Shown: positions 17,901 through 24,948, counted from the first letter of the stretch. The stretch is 32,000 bases of DNA from Vulcanisaeta distributa DSM 14429 (GCF_000148385.1 NC_014537.1:810001-842000), one strand, 5' to 3'. The notes: generated by a model not told the origin, from the sequence alone. Translations and numbers: made by a program.

Positions 17901-19496
17901 AATGGCGCCTGGGACATTGCCGGTTACGTAGGTGTTCCATCGGCACCGGAGTTACTGCCGAGTGCAAGTAATGATACTGAGGCTAAGATGGTATTCACAT
18001 ACCCAACAATACCACTGGCCGTCATTGAGGACTGGGATGGTAGGCCACTACCCAACCAGATGGTCGTTGAGTACGGAGTAGGCACGAAGCCGGTGCTCTG
18101 CGCAGGCACGGCGCCAATAGCCATCGACTTCAGCGGTACCAACGGCCAGCTACTACAGCCATTACCAGTGGGTAACAGGACTGTCGTGTACTGGTACGAC
18201 AGCTGCCTACTCTACACAATAACCGGCGGCGCCTATCCATACATCAATATCTACGACACCAACATAGCCACTGACGTGAGTACGCTGGGTAATGCCTTCA
18301 CGGCAACGTCAGTTGAGACCCACGTGGTGCCGGCCACAATCTACCTAAAGAGCGCCACGGGCACTGGAATACCTGGCGCCTTGGTTGTTGTGTTTGACCA
18401 GCCAACAATGGGCAATGAGCTCCTAGCCTTCAATGTAACCGGCACTGACGGTTCAATAACACCAGTTGACTACAGGATCTACCCACCAGCCACGAGCCAG
18501 CTACCACCAACCAACTACTACGTGGTTGCCTACTATGCGGCCAACGGAACACCGCTGACATGGCAGGAGATACAACAGGCAATAAGCAGTCACTCAACGC
18601 TGTACCTAGTGCCAGTGTTTGAGAACACCTTCAGTATACAGAGGACTGTAACTGCGACTGAGGCCATTGAGTCATTCACACTATCCAACATACTAACAAC
18701 GGCCAACATAGTAGTCGTGCTGTCCAGCTTCGGCCCAGCACCAGGCGTGACTCTAAGCTACAGCGTGTCTGAGCCTGAGTGCCCAGTGACGATAACAGCC
18801 ATATCACCAGCATCAACAATTGTTGGTTACACATACAGCGTGACGCCACTAATGCCATCACCAAGCGTATGTACGCCAACTACCGCAGTGACTGGCACAG
18901 GAACGACGAACGCTCAGGGCCAGATAACCACGGCCACGTTCGTGACGCCTGTAGCCCCATTCGCGGCTGAGGTGACGATAACGGTGCAGTCATGGAAGGG
19001 CATACCACTGGGCTACACCTACACCTACTACGTAACAAGCAGTAACGCAACGACACCAATACAGGTGTCAGTACCGGCTGTTGAATTAACTGTGACGCCA
19101 GTAAGCGCCAGTGGCGCTCCACTAACAACGCAGGCTACCGTAAACGTGACATGCAGTGGCGTACCAATTGCCAGCGGTGTCGGCCAGCAGACAGTTGTCG
19201 TACCAATACCAAGCAGTGGTTCAATAACATGTACAATAACTGGCTACAGCTACGGAAAGAGTGCAAGCACGACTGTGACGCTGACGAGTAGTCAGGCTGG
19301 GCAGACGATAACGAAGACGCTGACGATACCGGTGAGCGGCTACTACATACCGGGCGTGGGCTTTGTACCAGTGAGCACCTTCATACTGCTGGCTGTTGTG
19401 ATAATAATCATAATAATACTAATAGTGATATTGCTGATTGAGTACAGCAACTGGAGGAGGAGGAGACTAGCTGGTCTGCTGGGTCCGCCGAAGTAA
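11949..19496 (+). CDS. Giant (~2,515 aa) cell-surface glycoprotein candidate (S-layer or tethered envelope protein)
   Basis: The ORF is uninterrupted over 7.5 kb. The N-terminal signal is MTGSKTNWTKLIIPVVTLIVVIGVVAGLGHPALA|QV. The C-terminal TM anchor FILLAVVIIIIIILIVILLI is followed by NWRRRR. I counted about 60 N-x-S/T sequons by hand. The composition is rich in T, S, Y, V and P and beta-rich, with motifs such as VTDLKGN and DWDGRPLPNQMVV that recur in beta-sandwich domains. The track ORF starts at GTG 11934; ATG 11949 is the more likely start. Confidence 0.8.
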   Translation: MTGSKTNWTKLIIPVVTLIVVIGVVAGLGHPALAQVTYGPYGPVSVPVPPKTYSWTLYWNLTDARLTSTYTTTNPVYQYLIDYMVPWYFTAGKSFSIYIANASDVYYWTSSGWQLGSPIEMTATATANSTGGVTWTVSTTLTGGIQPNQVYANWTIVIVLNGYGGANWLVFNVTSIFMDLADLMGNLTTVSTGSYIPVSPSIAQSLVPYEYTEATYYGVTTQDYPAPIPGTTSTSQYAIEYPLFRPVNGSETTPSDLYVVLPDLYFFFLYVGAATDTTSIYPLPPSPQLEASVTLGTGVTVFGPTTYNSTVSAASQSIYSAAYTGFGPIYYVTNEFGGLNSADHNYPSITAQPITITVSYVYPSGQSVTLFNYTTATANNETTPESFNVAVAYNWTVGSIALTAIINGTTDHEDPALLVGIPVVEFYLGNVTDLKGNLIIGNATYIPNPILAEKLYVKWLLSTTPTATVVSENYLRYYETTPALLPVGYFSGTGPGAPTLTTTGFPTPELYIFYENQPVFTATLSVSGVTSVTINNITVALMPVFINITQFAAGTNATQQLPLSPNQVPYITAYYMFSSQSPIIQQSPPSGAESGMLYYEEQVWTNETTYGTYYPATIAQFPPFEESSIAGILVTPEVNWLPAPPLTASITARSSNVGLTASNYTTGAQYYYYSFWLTYNGMTVGYGVYEVGYNVTGSPGIFNEQYKFTTPEVPIFQPVYGSNATLAQFYGSAGELAVTTPTGVNPSAGTIVFANVTVERAFIAATYTVYNVQFLNLCNETITSGTVYVSEMTPSGASITLTPVTLSSSAYIMKITSPIGLKISSVSGVPYIVAMSPTFNFTLNYYGYVMPSVSYTTRQPEYNYVLTPGIINVVYFPLIDINIQVLSQTTPQYPLWGFAVSVYNYNGTFEMWHAITNSSGFVYVMNVPLNASYIQPQGKAYVMLKVRTISPATDSAYPYAQVSYEYGQTYSQYASDLNIPSGYYAYTLGTRGPFDEDLVIYYEPLSVPVTATCGQVFNVTVPVETLRVYVTDLKGNVLSSQPVYPCATPSYCPSFYYNVTLVIADQYSPYDLASQWATTTPAFTFYYNLTDFRVVGQTWMQPIYESLEEKFEALMSAAQSEYQSGLISLQQYAMWYTGNYSYYILAATLANYSTASPYAVFSFPSIVPHEGTIFVRLFMPGQVFPMKVYYLGQEVFNQLVPVPQPNEIAVVKPNGQVQYVTNYTVYEGGQAVSVPPGSVVIETSVYPVTFNITSKSGLYPVGNTYLGLTFTDVLYREYVMPGTSLGTSVAQQYISNILYPFSAAIEPNSLGYSSGILTPNDIYVIMNNGTYAIVETYGTTTVDYNPRAVAGYEPVNNVYSMAGYVLPNLMGFFVNSSSPTISLTPLYMTSIYPNVFSTTPSTVVFNLTMGIPTYSTVLGTTATAYPNDTFLYAPSASYSEYRLLINESLLAPTQVLLNGTSVQAMQLSGISPTTYAVEVSQQYYSVLNFTYSITPNIASYRLWEAYINATGMTSITNATIGIYAANATGWYFVYRVNEISTFQEAMTRTIPLYLTLNVSAIESKVENVQYVAVVLYIYGSGSLYILPPAAATDHVHVQYPVLSTGFGGTIGYNTENLYTNSTGTGTMSITFSYPVPNNEWYPYFGSPLTVVIPVPSSGEAVFDIPWWAPTTGAYGTRIARFWVMGTTSTQNIGYGSITTVYTPSQYTPTAPSPLPELAISSYVLLNYITPEQGASTVYTGEIPPGTVSSSGSLYMTAIGAGTGGTSAPMLMYDTLFPENLWNVTLSTMPANGVYNIRTTALESVDIYNNASFPIFVTGFTYSSAGSNYPLSAPTTEVVPGTLAEIPAKYIYGSSYEFTSTWCDLGNYTPYIPDLSATFYYTPPNATFYLANGTALPFTVYPNGTVVIGTHTYSISQLEAPLQSPSINFTTLYAGSELDSSNTTVTIPQFGESARSSVYYESYYNYTSSIVGAQAILYDHEAYPVNGAWDIAGYVGVPSAPELLPSASNDTEAKMVFTYPTIPLAVIEDWDGRPLPNQMVVEYGVGTKPVLCAGTAPIAIDFSGTNGQLLQPLPVGNRTVVYWYDSCLLYTITGGAYPYINIYDTNIATDVSTLGNAFTATSVETHVVPATIYLKSATGTGIPGALVVVFDQPTMGNELLAFNVTGTDGSITPVDYRIYPPATSQLPPTNYYVVAYYAANGTPLTWQEIQQAISSHSTLYLVPVFENTFSIQRTVTATEAIESFTLSNILTTANIVVVLSSFGPAPGVTLSYSVSEPECPVTITAISPASTIVGYTYSVTPLMPSPSVCTPTTAVTGTGTTNAQGQITTATFVTPVAPFAAEVTITVQSWKGIPLGYTYTYYVTSSNATTPIQVSVPAVELTVTPVSASGAPLTTQATVNVTCSGVPIASGVGQQTVVVPIPSSGSITCTITGYSYGKSASTTVTLTSSQAGQTITKTLTIPVSGYYIPGVGFVPVSTFILLAVVIIIIIILIVILLIEYSNWRRRRLAGLLGPPK

Positions 19497-19528
19497 GGGC
19501 CTTAAACACATAAATCGCCTTAAAATCA

Positions 19529-19572
19529 TCTCCTTTCCTTCAAATTCTTTTTCTTTTCTTTCCTTTTCCCTC
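19529..19572 (+). terminator. Pyrimidine/oligo-T tract, a candidate intrinsic terminator of the giant gene
   Basis: The run tctcctttccttcaaattctttttcttttctttccttttccctcc begins about 33 nt after the TAA at 19494-19496. Archaeal RNAP terminates at oligo-T runs. Confidence 0.4.
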
Positions 19573-19615
19573 CAGGACCAACAACCTTATATTTAACTCC
19601 ATGAATAAATAATCA

Positions 19616-21037
19616 GTGAGTAAGCAAGCAGATAAAATCAATAGGGATGAGTTGCTTAGGCTTCTTAGGGAGGATGAGGAGTTTAGGCTAGCCGTAATGG
19701 GTCTACTCGGTATTGTTGACATTCAATCCTCACTAAGGCAATTAATCAATGCCGTTAATAGACTTGCTGAGGCTCAGTCGAAGTCTGTCAATGCAATGCA
19801 GGGCATTGCCGAGGGCGAGGCAAGGATTACGGAGATGCTCGGTAAGGTCACGGACATGCTGGCTAAGATCAATGAGATGATTATGGACCTGGCGGAGACC
19901 CTGAGCAGGACCATCGACATGGTGGAGAGGCTTGCCAAGGGGCAGGAGGAGCTGGGCAACGCCATTAGGCAGTTGGCCGATGTGCAGAGGGTCACCTGGG
20001 ATGCGGTCAGGCAGTTGATTGATGGTGAGGGGAAGATACTCGACCTACTCAGGCAGTCCCTGGAGTCCCAGGGAAGGCTCTGGCAGGAGGTTAAGAACCT
20101 GCAGGAGCAGGTTAAGGCGCTGCAGGAGGGCCAAAACAACGTGTTGGTTGAGATAAGGAAGTTGACTGAGAACCAGGCAGGCCTACTGCAGGAAATCAAG
20201 AGGCTGGCTGACGAGCAGGAGAGGCTTTGGAGGGAGGTCAATGCGCTTAAGGAGGTGGAGAGTAAGTTGCTTGAGGAGAATAATAGGTTGTGGCAGGAGG
20301 TCAGGGCATTGAGGGAGGCGCAGAATAAACTCCTTGAGGAGAATAATAAGATTTGGCAAGAGATTAAGGCTCTGCGTGAGGGTTATGAGGCATTAAGAAC
20401 CGACGTAAATAAGCTGTGGGAGGAAAACAACAAGATATGGCAGGAGATAAGGAAAATAAACGAGAACATAGAGAAGATATGGCAGGAAATTAGTGCACTG
20501 AGGGAGGTGCAGAACAAACTTCTCGAGGAGAATAATAGGATTTGGCAGGAAATTAAGGCCTTGAGGGAGGAGGAGGCTAGGCTGCGTGAGGGTCAGGACA
20601 GGCTGTGGGAGAGGTATGATAGGCTTGATAGGAAGTTGTCGGCCATCGGCGCCAGGTGGGGCGTGCTTAGTGAGGATGCGTTTAGGAGGGCTGTCGAGGA
20701 GCTGCTCAGTGGTGCTGGTTATAGGGTTGAGAGGTGGAGTTACAATGATTCTGAGGGCTACGTCTTCGGCTACCCAAGCGTCGTGGACCTAAACGTGGTG
20801 GTTAAGGACGACAAATCCTTTGCCGTGGAGATCAAGTCCTCAGTGAGTAGGGGTGATGTCGTGGTGTTTAAACGCATTATTGAACTCTATGAGAGGGTCA
20901 CTGGCAGGAGGCTCGACGCCAGGTACCTAGTGACCTACTTTATTGGGGAGAGGGATGAGAAGGCAGTGACCGAACTCGCCAACTCCCTAGGAATAAGGAT
21001 TGTCTATCCCGAGGAACTAACGAGACGGCAGGCATGA
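19616..21037 (+). CDS. Long coiled-coil protein with a C-terminal PD-(D/E)XK nuclease-like domain (DUF1626/PDDEXK_10-like by recollection)
   Basis: About 340 aa form heptad-rich coiled coil with LLEENNRIWQEIKALRE-type repeats. The C-terminus reads GARWGVLSEDAFRRAVEELL...GYVFGYPSVVDLNVVVKDDKSFAVEIKSS..., with D...E-x-K spacing. GTG 19616 is preceded by TTATATTTAA at 19587-19596. Confidence 0.65.
   Translation: MSKQADKINRDELLRLLREDEEFRLAVMGLLGIVDIQSSLRQLINAVNRLAEAQSKSVNAMQGIAEGEARITEMLGKVTDMLAKINEMIMDLAETLSRTIDMVERLAKGQEELGNAIRQLADVQRVTWDAVRQLIDGEGKILDLLRQSLESQGRLWQEVKNLQEQVKALQEGQNNVLVEIRKLTENQAGLLQEIKRLADEQERLWREVNALKEVESKLLEENNRLWQEVRALREAQNKLLEENNKIWQEIKALREGYEALRTDVNKLWEENNKIWQEIRKINENIEKIWQEISALREVQNKLLEENNRIWQEIKALREEEARLREGQDRLWERYDRLDRKLSAIGARWGVLSEDAFRRAVEELLSGAGYRVERWSYNDSEGYVFGYPSVVDLNVVVKDDKSFAVEIKSSVSRGDVVVFKRIIELYERVTGRRLDARYLVTYFIGERDEKAVTELANSLGIRIVYPEELTRRQA
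20225..20602 (+). repeat. Six degenerate 63-bp (21-aa) in-frame repeat units, each starting (L/I)W, inside the coiled-coil gene
   Basis: The units are LWREVNALKEVESKLLEENNR, LWQEVRALREAQNKLLEENNK, IWQEIKALREGYEALRTDVNK, LWEENNKIWQEIRKINENIEK, IWQEISALREVQNKLLEENNR and IWQEIKALREEEARLREGQDR. I checked the codon phase at 20225 and 20603. Confidence 0.7.
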
Positions 21038-21822
21038 TGGTCATGAGGCTGAGGAGAATCCTCGACCTAGTGAGTAGGTACTTCGATGAATTCAGGGCTG
21101 CGCGCAGGGGTGGTGGGAGTATCTACGCCATTGAGAGGCTAGCCCAGTTAACAATACAGGCCCTGCTGGATCTAGGCGCGATGCTAGCCGTCGAGCTCAA
21201 GGATGAAAAGCCCGAGACGTATAGAGGCATCGCTGATTACATATCCAATAAGCTGGGCCTGGGCGAGGACCTGAGGAGGTTCCTTAGGGGGCTCGCCGGT
21301 TTTAGGAATGTGCTGGTTCATGGGTATGCCGAGATCAACAGGGAACTTGAGGAGGAGGCCTTTAGGGATATGGAGGAGAGGCTACCCTTAGTAATCGAGG
21401 GGCTCAGGAACTTCATAAGCAGCATTGGAGACCCAGGGCAAGTTAACATTGAGGAGCTGAGGGTTAGGTTAAGGCCCGTCTTCGAGAAACACGGCGTGAG
21501 GTTCGCCCTACTCTTCGGTTCGAGGGCTAGGGCAGGGGTTGGTAGGGACTACGACTTCGCCATCTCCGCAGACCTCAGGAGCGCCATAGAGCTCGGCGAG
21601 TTGATAGTGGATATTGCCGAGGCCCTAGGCGTGAATGAAGACTTAATAGACGTGGTCCACCTGGAGAGCGCCGACGCAGGGATCCTATACTCCGTGATTA
21701 ACGATGGTGTGGTGATCTACGGCGATGAGGAGGAGGCCATGAACTACCTATGGAGGAGGTACCTAGAACTCCTGGACATCAATGAGTACCTAAACCACCT
21801 GGAAAGGCACATGAGCCCCTAA
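21034..21822 (+). CDS. Fused HEPN (DUF86/HepT-like) and minimal nucleotidyltransferase (MntA-like) protein
   Basis: The N-terminal half carries FRNVLVHGY (R91-x4-H96-x-Y98; codons at 21304, 21319 and 21325). The C-terminal half carries LLFGSRARAGVGRDYDFAIS (GS...DxD). The start ATG overlaps the upstream stop in an ATGA junction at 21034-21037. Confidence 0.7.
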   Translation: MMVMRLRRILDLVSRYFDEFRAARRGGGSIYAIERLAQLTIQALLDLGAMLAVELKDEKPETYRGIADYISNKLGLGEDLRRFLRGLAGFRNVLVHGYAEINRELEEEAFRDMEERLPLVIEGLRNFISSIGDPGQVNIEELRVRLRPVFEKHGVRFALLFGSRARAGVGRDYDFAISADLRSAIELGELIVDIAEALGVNEDLIDVVHLESADAGILYSVINDGVVIYGDEEEAMNYLWRRYLELLDINEYLNHLERHMSP

Positions 21823-21923
21823 TCAAGTTAACCACCAGGGACTACGACTTAAGGGCTAATCCCTAAGTGGCAAGCGCGCCTCTTGGTAAGGTCGGGTAGG
21901 GGCTAGGGTGGTGGGTCATGTAG

Positions 21924-21964
21924 TTATTTGTGTTTTGGTTTGTGTTTAGAAATTTCTAAACGTG
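21924..21964 (+). repeat. Palindrome-repeat copy 1: TTATTTGTGTTTTGGTTTGTG-TTTAGAAATTTCTAAA-CGTG
   Basis: The perfect 16-bp palindrome lies at 21945-21960. By manual alignment this copy is 38/41 identical to copy 2. Confidence 0.9.
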
Positions 21965-22014
21965 GCGGGCATAGCCATGCATACGTGGCATGCCGCTGGT
22001 TGTTGGTTTGGTGT

Positions 22015-23019
22015 TTACGTAGATTCCTCCAGTGCCCTTCTCACGGCTTCCCTGTGTATTGGTGTTTGCCATGCTACGTATTTTCCGATCCCGAGTTCTT
22101 CATCCTTTTCTGGTGGTGGTGTGTCCACCCAGTAGTCTGGTTTTCTCTTGGGTAGGAAGTATGTGATGAGGTTCCTCTCGATTAACTCATTGATTAATTC
22201 CCCGGGTGCGTTAAACCACAGGTAATCCGGATCACCAACGGCCTCCCTAAGGTGACCCGCCCACCTCCTAACGAAGTCCGGTGAAAGCCCCTTCTCCCTG
22301 ATGAGGCTGTTTATGACCTCGTTCACGTCCCAATTCCTCATGTAAAGCCTCTCGAGTATTCTTGGGTTTCCACCCGTCAATTTCCAGACCTCCTCGAATG
22401 GCGGCTTATCGCCGGGCAACTGATCATACAACTGCCTGAACCCATCCCTAGGCATATTCCACATAACCCTTAGGTTAGCCCACGTGTGTCTTCCTATTTC
22501 CCTCCTCGACACGCCCTCGCTCGTGGCTGCTATCGTGACTATCCTCTCATAATGCTCGGGTGGGTATTCGATTAGGTTTAGCAAAGCCTTCACGTATAAT
22601 GCGGACTCCTTAACGCCAATCACCTGGAAGGCGTCGTCAACGATGACCGCGATCTTACCCCTGGTCGCCTTAATCACGTCATAAACCACATTATAGGCTA
22701 TCCAGGCAATCCTCGCTAGGGCATTCTGAGCAATGGCTTCCTTAATTAGTCTCAGGAACTCATCCTTAAGGCTGTTGATGCTTATCTCGGCGAGGGCAAG
22801 CCTATTGACGGGGTTAACATAAACAACCTCAAAACCAAACTCCCTAAGCAACTCAATGGACTGAAGCAACCAGGCGGTCTTACCACAACCCTCAGGCCCA
22901 TAAATGACCCTCGGAAGCCCGGTGCCCCTCCCGACCCAATCCTCAATGAGTTTAAGGGCCAAATCCCTATCAACAAAATCAACCCGCAAACCCGCAAAAC
23001 CAAGCCTAACCCTCCTCAC
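22015..23019 (-). CDS. Archaeal ATPase (AAA/STAND-like, Arch_ATPase family paralog)
   Basis: The N-terminal motif is VDFVDRDLALKLIEDW. Walker A is YGPEGCGKTAWL and Walker B is IAVIVDDAF. The start is GTG 23019, with TTG 22989 as an alternative. The TATA-like TATTTATA (23051-58, minus strand) lies upstream. Confidence 0.75.
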   Translation of the reverse strand: MRRVRLGFAGLRVDFVDRDLALKLIEDWVGRGTGLPRVIYGPEGCGKTAWLLQSIELLREFGFEVVYVNPVNRLALAEISINSLKDEFLRLIKEAIAQNALARIAWIAYNVVYDVIKATRGKIAVIVDDAFQVIGVKESALYVKALLNLIEYPPEHYERIVTIAATSEGVSRREIGRHTWANLRVMWNMPRDGFRQLYDQLPGDKPPFEEVWKLTGGNPRILERLYMRNWDVNEVINSLIREKGLSPDFVRRWAGHLREAVGDPDYLWFNAPGELINELIERNLITYFLPKRKPDYWVDTPPPEKDEELGIGKYVAWQTPIHREAVRRALEEST

Positions 23020-23143
23020 TCAGACCCCTGCAATTTAATGTGGAAAGCCCTATAAATACTCCACCACGTCGCCAAAAGCCATTACCAATAAGAATCACCA
23101 CGGCTAAGTCCGTGGTGCGGCCTTGCCGTGGCTGGGTTATGGC

Positions 23144-23184
23144 TTATTTTGTTTTTGGTTTGTGTTTAGAAATTTCTAAACGTG
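23144..23184 (+). repeat. Palindrome-repeat copy 2 (same orientation as copy 1)
   Basis: The sequence is TTATTTTGTTTTTGGTTTGTG-TTTAGAAATTTCTAAA-CGTG, with the palindrome at 23165-23180. A perfect 8-bp-stem hairpin (caccacgg-ctaagt-ccgtggtg, 23096-23117) lies about 45 nt to its left. Confidence 0.9.
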
Positions 23185-23221
23185 ATGGAAACAAGAATCA
23201 TAGGTCATGATCCTTCCTTGG

Positions 23222-24328
23222 TCATTGCATCTGCCCTATGTTTTCTATGAATTTGCTTGTTGCCTCTTTGATTAGGTCGTCCCACGTGAGCACCCTCTTG
23301 CCCATTAGTGCCTTTGTTATGTGGTCTATGCTTGCTGCCTCTTCGAAGGATTTGTTTAGTGCGTTCACTAATTCGTTGATTAGCCTGTTGAGGTTGTCTA
23401 TTGGTGTTGAGGATGCCCTCGGTATTATGAACATGCCCAGCCTCTTGATTCTCCCTGACTTCGTCATTGCCGCCAGGTTTTTCATCACGTACTCACTGGA
23501 TAATTGAATGCCCCTGGCCCTATCCATGAATCTCAACTCGGCGCGCCTGGACAGGAGGCCAAGTAAATGCTGCAATGCCCCACTCAGCACTGCCCTGATA
23601 CCCGCATTACCGCCCAGCCTAATGACCTCCCTCCTAATACCCGGGTGCCTGTAAAGGTCGTTGGCCAACTGCCTGTATAATCTTGAGTAGTAAATGGGTA
23701 GTGAGTGCGTGATGTTTCTGAAGTCCTCACCATTACTAATCCTAACCCAGTCAACGAACCTCGCGAGAGGCCTCGTTACCGGGAAGCCCAGTGCCGTCCT
23801 TACGTTTACGCCATAGTTCATATACGCCATGAAGTTATCGACCAAGCCCCTTAGGAGTTCCTCAGGCTTATTCACAAGCCTTATCAATGACATGAAGCTC
23901 TCAATCCTATACCCATCAACGTAGCCGAACACCGAGAGCGTCACGTTAGGCCCACCATCGAAGCCCAGGGCCTCAGATAAATCACGGCTTGGATAGACCG
24001 TCAGGAAAACACTGACATCAGCATTGCTTAACTCACCACCGATGACAGCCCTAAAACCACGGGTGATCCTAACCGCCCCACCCTCGCGAACCTTATCGAT
24101 TACGCCCTTAACATCGACATTATCGAGGCTCGTCGTTAATAAATTGATATTCACCTCCCCCACCTTATTACCTGGCTCGTGGTCCCACACATATGAGTCA
24201 ACACGTTCAAACCTACCCAATCTACCGATGGCGTTAATCATCGCTATTCCGAGGTAGAGCGATACCCTGAACATGCCCATCCTAGTCAAGCCATACCTAG
24301 GGCTCAGTACCTTAATACCAATGGTCAT
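23222..24328 (-). CDS. Hypothetical protein (368 aa) with no recognisable motif
   Basis: This is a long ORF. Its start overlaps the stop of the upstream 207-aa ORF by 4 nt, giving an operon structure. Confidence 0.55.
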   Translation of the reverse strand: MTIGIKVLSPRYGLTRMGMFRVSLYLGIAMINAIGRLGRFERVDSYVWDHEPGNKVGEVNINLLTTSLDNVDVKGVIDKVREGGAVRITRGFRAVIGGELSNADVSVFLTVYPSRDLSEALGFDGGPNVTLSVFGYVDGYRIESFMSLIRLVNKPEELLRGLVDNFMAYMNYGVNVRTALGFPVTRPLARFVDWVRISNGEDFRNITHSLPIYYSRLYRQLANDLYRHPGIRREVIRLGGNAGIRAVLSGALQHLLGLLSRRAELRFMDRARGIQLSSEYVMKNLAAMTKSGRIKRLGMFIIPRASSTPIDNLNRLINELVNALNKSFEEAASIDHITKALMGKRVLTWDDLIKEATSKFIENIGQMQ

Positions 24329-24948
24329 ACCATCACCACCCCAAGCACCGCATTATCGATCCTAACGGCATCATCCTTATCATCCCTCTTCACCGTAAAC
24401 ACCACGACTGACCCACTCAATCCCAATGTCTGGAACTCCCTGATAAACCTTATGCCGTGAAGCCTTAACCTCAACTTACGAATGAGCTTACTCCTGAAGT
24501 TATTATAGTCCTGCCCATGCAATACCACGATTAAATACTTAGGATTAATGTCCTTCTTAAGCACCCTACTTATCAACGATATACTACCGCGCAATTTATC
24601 CTCCAAATCCTCAACGGCAGAGGCACCGGTTGATATGCTCAATTTAAAATCGACCAAGACATCCCCACGCATGGTATCCAGGTAAACATCACAGTACCTC
24701 TCACCACGTACGTGACTTCCCACCGCCAAATCATCGAGACAATAAACACCCTTAACCCCAACACCCCTTATGAAATTCACAAACGTATTACTATTGGCAA
24801 TGCTTAAATAATCACTGGAATGCTCAGGATCATGCCTCCCGCATTTAATCACCTCATTAATAATATCACTATTCACAATAAGTAGTACCATCAAGACTTT
24901 TAAAGTACTACGGAGATAGGCACGTGGGCTATATTGTTCATGGGCCAC
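24325..24948 (-). CDS. Hypothetical protein with a possible PD-(D/E)XK-like core; start uncertain (GTG 24948, ATG 24891 or GTG 24876)
   Basis: The segment ERYCDVYLDTMRGDVLVDFKLS resembles the hhhD...(D/E)-h-K strand pair of restriction-endonuclease-fold proteins, but only weakly. The GTG 24948 start overlaps repeat copy 3. The TATA-like CTTTAAAAG (minus strand, ~24896-24906) lies 24 nt before GTG 24876. Confidence 0.5.
   Translation of the reverse strand: MAHEQYSPRAYLRSTLKVLMVLLIVNSDIINEVIKCGRHDPEHSSDYLSIANSNTFVNFIRGVGVKGVYCLDDLAVGSHVRGERYCDVYLDTMRGDVLVDFKLSISTGASAVEDLEDKLRGSISLISRVLKKDINPKYLIVVLHGQDYNNFRSKLIRKLRLRLHGIRFIREFQTLGLSGSVVVFTVKRDDKDDAVRIDNAVLGVVMV

Noticed and set aside
12574-19128. 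Several long ORFs in other frames or on the opposite strand inside the giant gene (e.g. 16555-17271 minus strand, 238 aa; 17126-17428 minus strand; 18880-19128 minus strand; 12574-12828 plus strand).
   Set aside because: They are low-complexity and rich in Cys, Arg, Ser and Leu. All lie inside one continuous 7.5-kb ORF with coherent protein-like composition. They are most simply explained by the strong codon and composition bias of that gene suppressing stop codons in other frames.
21928-22155. A 75-aa Cys/Trp-rich plus-strand ORF spanning palindrome copy 1, and the analogous 24924-25196 plus-strand ORF spanning copy 3.
   Set aside because: Both start inside or next to the repeat and run antisense into well-supported minus-strand genes. 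Their translations are G/T-codon artefacts of the TTGG-rich sequence, so they are probably not genes.
23051-23160. A possible ~80-nt plus-strand ncRNA: TATAAATA at 23051-58, the hairpin at 23096-23117, and the T-rich run ttattttgtttttggttt at 23144-23161 acting as terminator.
   Set aside because: The TATA element is equally well placed, on the other strand, to drive the ATPase gene (start 23019), and purine-rich BRE-like sequence lies on that side. Copy 1 has the same T-rich flank without any upstream TATA. This is not excluded, but it is unsupported without RNA data.
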